This document shows, one piece after another, positions 57,459 to 64,000 of a stretch of 64,000 nt of DNA. Made by a program: the position numbers and the translations under genes. Source of the stretch: Acidimicrobiaceae bacterium. Its GTDB lineage: Bacteria > Actinomycetota > Acidimicrobiia > Acidimicrobiales > JAUTXP01. The stretch's first letter is position 1, and the number at the start of each line of letters is the position of its first letter. The notes under the pieces were generated by a model. It had not been told where the DNA came from, did no database searches, and saw nothing but the letters and a program-made list of their open reading frames with translations. The DNA is taken from assembly GCA_030837965.1 (NCBI GenBank), contig JAUTXP010000053.1:16893-80892 (forward strand), read 5' to 3'.

Positions 57459-58513
57459 CAGCCGAGCTTGCCCGCGATGCTCCCCGCCGAGCGCAGGGCG
57501 GTCCCGTCGGCCCCGGCCGAGGTGTAGTGGTGCGTCGGCCGCTGCTCGGCCTCGGCCAGCAGGTCGGCCAGCAGGCGGGGGAACGGCACGTCCCACAGGT
57601 ACTTGGCCAGCGACCCGGGGATGGTGTTGATCTCGTTGACGTACAGCTCCTCGCCGTCGACCAGGAAGTCGATGCGGGCCACGCCCCGTACGCCGGCGAG
57701 GTCGGCCACCTGCGAGGCAATGGAGCGCACCTGCTTCTCCATGGCCTCGGGCAACGCCGCGGGCAGTTCCCGAGGAGCCGACGCCATGCCGCCCTCGCCG
57801 CCCGCAGCGAGGTACTTGTCGGCGAAGCCGAGGATGCTGCCGCCCGTCGACCGCACCGGCTTCTCGATCATCGACAGCTCGACGGCGGGCCAGGAGCGCA
57901 CCCCGACGTTGAGGTCGTAGGCCTGGGGACGGTACGGCTCCACCACGTAGCCATTGCGGAGATGGGGCGACGACCGGGCCAGGGCGGCAAGCGTGTCGGC
58001 GTCGTCGACCAGCTCGATGCCGATCGACGACCCCCCGAAGCGGGGCTTGACGATCCACGGGCCGGGGAGCTCCGGCACGCCGCCGGTGCGCGGCAGCGAC
58101 GGCAACCCCGCGGCCGTCATCACGTTGCCGAAGGCCAGCTTGTCCATGCCCAGCGCGGCGCCCGCCACCGTCGGCCCCGTGTAATGCAGCCCGGCCAAGT
58201 CGAGCGCGGCCTGCAAGGTGCCGTCCTCGCCCGGCCCGCCGTGGCAGCAGTTCACGATGGGGCCGAGGTCGAGCGCCCGTTTCCTGCCCACGAACCCCTC
58301 TCCCGCCACCAGCCGCAACGGCGGTGCCTTGCGGGGCGGCCCGTCGAGGAAGTCGCGCCCCTCGGCCCCGGCGTCGACCTCGAAGAAGTCGCCGGTCTTG
58401 GCCCAGTAGATCGCCGTCACCGCGCCCAGCGCCCGGGCCGCCTGCAAGCCGGTGAGGATGCTCACGTCGTGCTCGGGGGACGGGCCGCCGAAGATCACGG
58501 CAGGGTTGGGCAC
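57458..58513 (-). CDS. ddl: D-alanine--D-alanine ligase (ATP-grasp)
   Basis: GGPSPEHDVS, HGGPGEDG, MDK, KPRFGGSSIGI, FADKY, RIDF, NEINTIPG. Confidence 0.86.
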   Translation of the reverse strand: MPNPAVIFGGPSPEHDVSILTGLQAARALGAVTAIYWAKTGDFFEVDAGAEGRDFLDGPPRKAPPLRLVAGEGFVGRKRALDLGPIVNCCHGGPGEDGTLQAALDLAGLHYTGPTVAGAALGMDKLAFGNVMTAAGLPSLPRTGGVPELPGPWIVKPRFGGSSIGIELVDDADTLAALARSSPHLRNGYVVEPYRPQAYDLNVGVRSWPAVELSMIEKPVRSTGGSILGFADKYLAAGGEGGMASAPRELPAALPEAMEKQVRSIASQVADLAGVRGVARIDFLVDGEELYVNEINTIPGSLAKYLWDVPFPRLLADLLAEAEQRPTHHYTSAGADGTALRSAGSIAGKLG

Positions 58514-58522
58514 AGCGGGCTC

Positions 58523-59980
58523 CTAGGGGAAATGGTCGGGCAGGTCGTTCTCGTAGAGGACGACGTCGCCCGGCTGCAAGTGCTCGCGCACCCAGGCCAC
58601 TGCGTCCTCGCGCGTCTCCACGACGAGCACCTCAGCCTGCCCGGCCCGCGCCCCCTCCAGCAACGCCGCCCGGTTGGTGTGGCCCACGACGACGAGGTGG
58701 GTGGCCTGGGCGACGGCGGCGGCGGCGAACCGGCGGTTCTCCTCGGCCTGGCGGGGGCCGAGCTCGACCATGCCCGGCGTGACCACCACCTGCTTGTGCC
58801 CCTGCCCGGCCTGCCCATGACGGGCCAGCGCGGCCAGGGCGGCGACCGTGCCCGCCGGGTTGGCGTTGTAGGTGTCGTCGACGATGGTGAACCCGCCCGA
58901 GCCGGTGGACGCCGTCAGCCGGTGCTCGGCGGTGGGCAGGTCGGCCACCCGGGCCTCGACCACCTCGGGGGGCACGCCCAGCTCCAGGGCCACGGCCACG
59001 GCACAGGCGACGTTGCCCGGGTGGGCGCCCTCGGGCACGCCCGCAGGCACGTCGGCGGCGCGGCACCGCACCACCCGCTTGCCCGTCGCCTCCACCTTGT
59101 CGGCCAGCGCGGCGAGCAGCGGGTGGTCGACGTTGAGCACCGCCACCGGGGCCGCCTCCAGGATCTCCGCCTTGGCCTCGACGATCCCCTCCTCGGTCTT
59201 CATGCGCTCCAGGTGCACGGGCCCGATGGCGGTGATCACGGCGATGTCGGGCGGCACGAACCGGCACAGCTCGGCGATCTCCCCCTTGCCGTAGGTGCCC
59301 ATCTCGGCCACGAACACCTCGGTGCCCAACGCCAGGTGCTCGTTGATCGCCCGCGCCAAGCCGGCCCGGTTGTTGAACGACCGCGGCGTGGGCACCACCG
59401 CCTTGGTCCCGGCCACCAAGTGGGCCACGTAGCCCTTGGTGGTGGTCTTGCCGTAGGAGCCGGTGATGCCCACCACTGTGGGCCGCACCTGCCTGAGCCG
59501 GATGGACGCCTGGTGGACGTAGGGCTGGGCCAACCGGTCCTCGATGGGCTTGGCGATCGCCAGCGCGGCGTCGACCAGGACGGGCACCAGCAGGGCGCCG
59601 AGGACGGCGAACGGCACCGCCAGGCCGATCGCCCACCCCACCAGCACGAGCACCACCTGGAGGCCCGCCCACAGCCCGGCCAGCGTGCGCAGCCGGCGGG
59701 TCCAGGCGAGAGGGGCGGTGCGGCCCAGGACCGACAGGCCGAAGGGGCCGGTGGCGACGGCCAGGCTGCCCACCACCCCGGCCAGCGGCGATCGGGCCGA
59801 CAGCACCACGCCCAGCACGCCCGCCACGGCCAAGAGCCGGTTGGCCCCCACCTGCCACCACCGCCCGGCGAAGCGGGAGACGGCCCCGGGCAGGTAGTGC
59901 TCGCGCTGGGCCACCCGCAGCCACCGCAGCCCGCCCGCGCCCGCGGCGGCCAGCCCCACCAGCACGGCGAACAGCTTCAC
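58523..59980 (-). CDS. murF: MurF-like Mur ligase with N-terminal TM segments
   Basis: About 4 N-terminal TM helices, GITGSYGKTT, SFNN, VAEMG, DDTYNANP, TPGMVELG, C-terminal ENDLPD. GTG 59980. Confidence 0.78.
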   Translation of the reverse strand: MKLFAVLVGLAAAGAGGLRWLRVAQREHYLPGAVSRFAGRWWQVGANRLLAVAGVLGVVLSARSPLAGVVGSLAVATGPFGLSVLGRTAPLAWTRRLRTLAGLWAGLQVVLVLVGWAIGLAVPFAVLGALLVPVLVDAALAIAKPIEDRLAQPYVHQASIRLRQVRPTVVGITGSYGKTTTKGYVAHLVAGTKAVVPTPRSFNNRAGLARAINEHLALGTEVFVAEMGTYGKGEIAELCRFVPPDIAVITAIGPVHLERMKTEEGIVEAKAEILEAAPVAVLNVDHPLLAALADKVEATGKRVVRCRAADVPAGVPEGAHPGNVACAVAVALELGVPPEVVEARVADLPTAEHRLTASTGSGGFTIVDDTYNANPAGTVAALAALARHGQAGQGHKQVVVTPGMVELGPRQAEENRRFAAAAVAQATHLVVVGHTNRAALLEGARAGQAEVLVVETREDAVAWVREHLQPGDVVLYENDLPDHFP

Positions 59981-60717
59981 GGCGCCGCCCGCAGGGCGCG
60001 GTCGACGGCGGCGCGGAGCTCGGCAGGCGCCGCCGTCGGCACCAAGTGGCCCACGCCCGGCAGCACCGTCACCGTCGCCGTCGCACCGGCCACCAGGCCG
60101 GCCGCGGCCGAGGCCACCGACAGGGGCACGTCGGCGTCGCCCTCGCCCCACACCAGTTCCACCGGGCACCGCAGGGCCCGCAACTGCTCCTCGTAGGTCT
60201 CGCTGACCGCCACCACGTGCACCGCCCGCATGATGCCCTGCGCCGCCCGGTAGTCGGCCGACCCGTACCGCTGCCGCACCGCCTCCATCCGCTCGTCGCC
60301 CACCACGCCTCGCCGGTGCAGCGCCCGGGCCAGCCGGAACCGCCAGGCCGGCTTGCGCCGCACCGCCCCCGGCGGCCGCACCAACGGCACGCCGGTCAGC
60401 ACCAGCGCCCGCACCAGCTCAGGTCGGGCCGTGGCCAGGTGGACGGCCACCCGCCCGCCGAAGGAGTGCCCCACCACCACGACCGGCTCCTCGATCGCCT
60501 CGGCCACGGCGGCGGCGTACCCGGCCGCACCCCACGCCTCCGTCGGGGGTGGGGTGGCGCCGAAGCCGGGCAGGTCGAGGGCAACCGCGTCGCAGCCCGC
60601 CAAGGCGGCGTCGAAGTCGCGCGACGTCCGTCCCCACCCGTGCAGGGCGAGCACCCGGGGGGGCGGGTTGCCATGGAGGGTGCCGAACAGGCGGCCGCCG
60701 GCGAAGGCCTTGAGCAC
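59977..60717 (-). CDS. Alpha/beta hydrolase (Ser-Asp-His triad)
   Basis: LHGWG, DLPGFG, GHSFGG, WGEGD, GVGH. GTG 60717 with TACCGT 7 nt upstream. Confidence 0.9.
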   Translation of the reverse strand: MLKAFAGGRLFGTLHGNPPPRVLALHGWGRTSRDFDAALAGCDAVALDLPGFGATPPPTEAWGAAGYAAAVAEAIEEPVVVVGHSFGGRVAVHLATARPELVRALVLTGVPLVRPPGAVRRKPAWRFRLARALHRRGVVGDERMEAVRQRYGSADYRAAQGIMRAVHVVAVSETYEEQLRALRCPVELVWGEGDADVPLSVASAAAGLVAGATATVTVLPGVGHLVPTAAPAELRAAVDRALRAAP

Positions 60718-60808
60718 GCCGGCGACGGTAATCGAAGGACAACCTGTGGACGCGCCGGGGGATTTCTCCTCTATTCGGGGGAAGACCTGGGGATTTACCA
60801 ATACCCCC

Positions 60809-60837
60809 TTGACGCCTATGCAGGGCAGGCGCACACT
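60809..60837 (+). promoter_or_regulatory. Sigma70/SigA-type promoter with no adjacent ORF
   Basis: TTGACG (60809-60814), 17 nt, CACACT (60832-60837). Predicted +1 at about 60844. Confidence 0.6.
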
Positions 60838-60843
60838 TCGATC

Positions 60844-61145
60844 ACTCCGGTAGGAACGCACGGAGCGAACGAGCAGGATGAAGGCCTCAGGCCGACGCCC
60901 GACTCGGGAGCGAAGTGCGGGAGACCCGGAGGAGGGCCGAAGCCGAGGGTGGTGCAGCTTCTCCGGAAGATGCCCGCCAGGTCCGCCTCGCACCGCAAGG
61001 TGAGAGGCGTCACGGAGGCAGAGGACCGAAGGACGGGCCCCAAGAAGTTCGGGCGGCGCTTGCGTCGAATCGGCTACTTGGGGTTCCGTCGCGTACGGCC
61101 CAGGCTGGATGCCGACGGGACCCCCCGCCCGCCGGCGTCCCCTGG
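60844..61145 (+). ncRNA. Candidate structured non-coding RNA of unknown family
   Basis: Series of hand-foldable stems with GNRA-type loops and purine-rich junctions, downstream of a consensus-like promoter. No credible CDS. Confidence 0.55.
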
Positions 61146-61204
61146 CCCCGCCGCTCCCCCGGGCATCCACCGTGGCGCCGGGCCACGTTCCTACGCTCGG
61201 CGAG

Positions 61205-62986
61205 ATGGACCTGCTCGACGACCTCGATCCCGCCCAGCGGGCCGCGGTCACGTCGCAGGCCGCCCCCCTCGCCATCCTGGCGGGCGCCGGGTCGGGCAAG
61301 ACCCGGGCCCTCACCCGCCGCATCGCCTACCGGGTGCACACCGGGGAGGCCGAGGCGGGCCACGTCCTGGCCGTCACCTTCACCCGCAAGGCGGCGGGTG
61401 AGCTGCGCAACCGCCTGCATGCCCTCGGCGTCGACGGCGCCACCGTAGGCACCTTCCACGCCCTGGCCTGGGCCCAACTCCGGCGCCGGGCCCTCGACGA
61501 CGGCCGATGGGCGCCCGCCATCCTGCGCGACAAGGCACGCCTGGTCCCCCGCCACGTCGCCACCCGGATCGAGCGGGCCAAGGCCCAGGGCATCGGCCCG
61601 GCAGGCGACCCCGACTACGAGCACTACGAGGCCGAGAAGCGCCGCTTGGGCCTGCTCGACTTCGACGACCTGCTGCTGCACTGCGCCCAGGCCGTCGAGG
61701 ACGACCCCGCCTTCGCCAAGGCCCTGCGGTGGCGATTCCGCCACTTCTTCGTGGACGAGTACCAGGACGTCAACCCCCTCCAGTTCCGGCTCCTGCGGGC
61801 CTGGCTGGGCGATCGGCTCGACCTCACCGTGGTGGGCGACCCCAACCAGTCGGTGTACGGCTGGAACGGCGCCGATCCCACCCTCCTGGCCCGCTTCGCC
61901 GAGCACTTCCCCACGGCCGAGTCGGCCCGGCTCGACACCAACTACCGGTCGACCGGCGCCATCGTCACCGTGGCTGCGTCGGTCCTCCCGGAGGCGACTG
62001 GTGGGGCGGGCCCGCCGCGTCCGCCGCGGCACGCGGACCGCCCCGGCGCCTCGGTACCCACGGTGCGCGCCTGTGACACCGAACGGGACGAAGCGGACGC
62101 GGTGGCCCGGGCCGTGCGGCTGGCCCGCGCCCCGGGCACGCCGTGGTCCGACATCGCCGTGCTCGTGCGCACCAACGCCCAGCTCCGGCTGCTGGAGGCG
62201 GCCTTCCGGGCCCGGGCCATCCCCCACGCCTCGCCGGGCAACGCCTGGCTGCGCACGACCGAGACCCGGGCCGCCCTGCGAGCCCTGGTCGACACGCCGC
62301 CCGCGGTGCCGTTCCGCTCGGCAGTCAAGGACCTCACCACCGAGCCCCTGGCCGAGCTGGCGGCCGAGTACCAGCGGTTCGACCGGGCGCCGTCAGGTCC
62401 CGGCTTCGTGTCGTGGCTGCACGCCGTGGTGCGCCCCCACGACCGCGACGGCCAGGGCAACGCCGTCACGCTGGCGACCTTCCATGGGGCCAAGGGACTG
62501 GAGTGGCCCACGGTGTTCGTGGCCGGGCTGGAGGACGGGCTGGTGCCGGTGGCGGGCGGCGACGACGACGAAGAGCGCCGCCTGCTCTACGTGGCCCTGT
62601 CGCGGGCCGTCACCTCCCTGCACTGCTCGTGGGCGGCCGAGCGCAACGGCCGGGCCCGACAACCGTCGCCGTGGCTGGCCGACATCGAGGCCGCTGTGGC
62701 CGCTGTGGCCGCTGTGGCCGCGCCTGCCCCCGTGGCCCTTCGCCCCCGTCGCTGCCCGCCCAAGGGCGACGGCGACGCCGTCCTCGACGCCCTGCGGCGC
62801 TGGCGGGCCAACCAGGCCAAGGCAGCCCGGGTGCCTGCCGCTGCCGTCGTCCCCGACGCCGTCCTCGCCGCCGTGGCCAGGGCCCGCCCGACCACGCCCG
62901 GCGAGCTGCAGGCCGTGCTCGGTCCCATGAAGGCCGCCGCCTTCGGCCCGTCGCTCCTGGCCGTGGTGGCGGGCGCCGGGTCGTAG
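61205..62986 (+). CDS. UvrD2-like SF1 DNA helicase with C-terminal HRDC
   Basis: AGAGSGKT, VTFTRKAA, DFDD, VDEYQD, GDPNQSVY, NYRS, TFHGAKGLEW, EERRLLYVALSRA, then HRDC (LRRWR...VPAAAV). ATG 61205 with TACGCT 7 nt upstream. Confidence 0.92.
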   Translation: MDLLDDLDPAQRAAVTSQAAPLAILAGAGSGKTRALTRRIAYRVHTGEAEAGHVLAVTFTRKAAGELRNRLHALGVDGATVGTFHALAWAQLRRRALDDGRWAPAILRDKARLVPRHVATRIERAKAQGIGPAGDPDYEHYEAEKRRLGLLDFDDLLLHCAQAVEDDPAFAKALRWRFRHFFVDEYQDVNPLQFRLLRAWLGDRLDLTVVGDPNQSVYGWNGADPTLLARFAEHFPTAESARLDTNYRSTGAIVTVAASVLPEATGGAGPPRPPRHADRPGASVPTVRACDTERDEADAVARAVRLARAPGTPWSDIAVLVRTNAQLRLLEAAFRARAIPHASPGNAWLRTTETRAALRALVDTPPAVPFRSAVKDLTTEPLAELAAEYQRFDRAPSGPGFVSWLHAVVRPHDRDGQGNAVTLATFHGAKGLEWPTVFVAGLEDGLVPVAGGDDDEERRLLYVALSRAVTSLHCSWAAERNGRARQPSPWLADIEAAVAAVAAVAAPAPVALRPRRCPPKGDGDAVLDALRRWRANQAKAARVPAAAVVPDAVLAAVARARPTTPGELQAVLGPMKAAAFGPSLLAVVAGAGS

Positions 62987-62995
62987 TCTCCGGGC

Positions 62996-63490
62996 GTGCG
63001 GTTCCGCCTCGAACAGCGTTTCACCGCCCCCGTGGCCGCCGTCGAGGCCGCCCTCGTCGACCCCGCCTTCCTGGAACGGCTGGCCGAGCTGCCCAACCTG
63101 GGCCGCCCGGAGCTGCTGCGCCGCGAGGAGGTGGGGCCCATCGTGCACTTCGACGTGCGCTATGCCTTCGCCGGGCAGTTGTCGTCGGCCGTCACCGCCG
63201 TGGTCGACCCCGCCCGCCTGACCTGGGTCGACAGTGCCACCTACGACCGCACCACTCACCGCAGCGAGCACCGCATCCTCCCCGAGCACTACACCGGCCG
63301 CCTCACGTGCAGCTACCGCACCCGCCTCGAAGCCGACGGCGACGGCGACACCACGGTGCGCACGGTCGAAGGAGAGTTGCGGGTGCACTTCCCGCTGGTG
63401 GGCGGCCGGGTGGAGAAGGCCATCGTGGCGGGCATGGCCGAGCACGCCACGCTCGAGGCGGGGGTCCTCGACCAATGGATCGAGGGTTGA
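62996..63490 (+). CDS. DUF2505 (SRPBCC/START-like) family protein
   Basis: MRFRLEQRFTAPV...GELRVHFPLVGGRVEKAI. Confidence 0.72.
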   Translation: MRFRLEQRFTAPVAAVEAALVDPAFLERLAELPNLGRPELLRREEVGPIVHFDVRYAFAGQLSSAVTAVVDPARLTWVDSATYDRTTHRSEHRILPEHYTGRLTCSYRTRLEADGDGDTTVRTVEGELRVHFPLVGGRVEKAIVAGMAEHATLEAGVLDQWIEG

Positions 63491-63521
63491 CGAAAGCCGG
63501 CGGCGGCGCGACAACCGCGGT

Positions 63522-63821
63522 ATGCCACCGACCTTTCTCTGGCCTGCCGAGGACGGGTGGCCCTACCCCGACAGCGCCCCGGAGATCGTCGACCTCGACG
63601 CCGATGTGGACGACGACCTCCTGTCGCTGACCTCGCCGTCGACCCACGTCTTCGACGACCTCGAGCCGCTGGAGCGCCGGGTCATCACCTCGGTGTACGG
63701 GTTGGGTGGCGAGCCCGTGCTGTCGTTCGAGCAGTTGCGCCACCAACTCGGCGTCCCCGATGTCGACCTGCGCAACGCCCTGGGCTCGGGCTTGGGCAAG
63801 TTGCGCACCCACCTGGCCTGA
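63522..63821 (+). CDS. Stand-alone sigma70 region-4-like HTH protein
   Basis: FDDLEPLERRVITSVYGLGGEPVLSFEQLRHQLGV...LRNALGSGLGKLR follows the sigma region 4 pattern. No region 2. Confidence 0.68.
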   Translation: MPPTFLWPAEDGWPYPDSAPEIVDLDADVDDDLLSLTSPSTHVFDDLEPLERRVITSVYGLGGEPVLSFEQLRHQLGVPDVDLRNALGSGLGKLRTHLA

Positions 63822-63858
63822 CGGGTTCGTCCGGGGGCAGTCGGGGAAAACGAGGCCC

Positions 63859-64000
63859 ATGGCGGAGATCTCCCGGCGCGGGTTCCTCGGCGGCGCGGGC
63901 GCACTGGCCGCCGCGGGCTGGCTGGCTCCCGGCTTCTTCCGGTCGGAACGGGCCGCCGCCCAAGCCCTGGCCGGGCTGGCCTCGCCTCGGGGCACCACCC
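63859..64000 (+). CDS. Tat-exported protein, N-terminal fragment (truncated by window end)
   Basis: MAEISRRGFLGGAGALAAAG twin-arginine signal. Confidence 0.7.
   Translation, partial: MAEISRRGFLGGAGALAAAGWLAPGFFRSERAAAQALAGLASPRGTT

Noticed and set aside
57458-58513. Vancomycin-resistance-type D-Ala-D-Lac ligase
   Set aside because: The omega-loop Tyr (DKY) is retained and there are no vanH, vanX or vanRS genes.
60915-60960. T-box (GAGGGTGGTGCAGC) or glycine riboswitch (GCGGGAGA...CCGAAG) resemblance
   Set aside because: It lacks GGTGGNACCGCG and CTCTCAGG respectively, and the downstream gene is a helicase with its own -10.
60878-61003. 41-aa ORF MKASGRRP... inside the candidate ncRNA
   Set aside because: Arg/Pro/Gly-rich composition typical of non-coding GC-rich DNA, with no recognisable motif.
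60976-61022. SRP RNA (ffs) resemblance: CCAGGTCCG...CGGAGGCAG
   Set aside because: The GNRA tetraloop is replaced by a long insert, AGCAG reads GGCAG, and the adjoining stem and asymmetric loop do not form. An alternative GGTCC/GGACC pairing fits better.

Overview
A 64-kb window from a high-GC bacterial chromosome, most likely Actinomycetota (class Acidimicrobiia is my inference from gene content). The left half (1-29 kb) is mostly a minus-strand core-genome block. It holds the S16 operon (rpsP-khpA-rimM-trmD-rplS-lepB), ffh/ftsY, smc, mutM, rnc, acpP, plsX-rpmF-yceD, coaD-rsmD, recG, a DAK2 protein, rpmB and thiL-thiD. The right half is mixed metabolic and accessory DNA: pckG, a copper radical oxidase locus, a PAS/GAF-SpoIIE phosphatase, a PadR-ABC-FtsX unit, CoA/F420 enzymes, GH1, def, an alpha/beta-hydrolase-MurF-like-Ddl module and a UvrD2-like helicase. 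No rRNA, tRNA, CRISPR array, transposase or integrase was recognised. The most notable signals are: (1) a ~300-nt gene-free, highly structured region with its own sigma70-type promoter (60809-61145), a candidate unannotated ncRNA; (2) a ~740-bp hicAB mini-island inserted in the thiD 3' end between 24-bp direct repeats; (3) at least four families of REP-like intergenic palindromes, one built from two inverted DnaA-box matches; (4) an RNase III gene with no in-frame ATG/GTG/TTG upstream of its catalytic motif; (5) a hydrolase-MurF-like-Ddl operon outside a dcw cluster; (6) a membrane-anchored copper radical oxidase coupled to an unknown duplicated-domain protein. No database searches were run; family calls rest on motifs read by eye.
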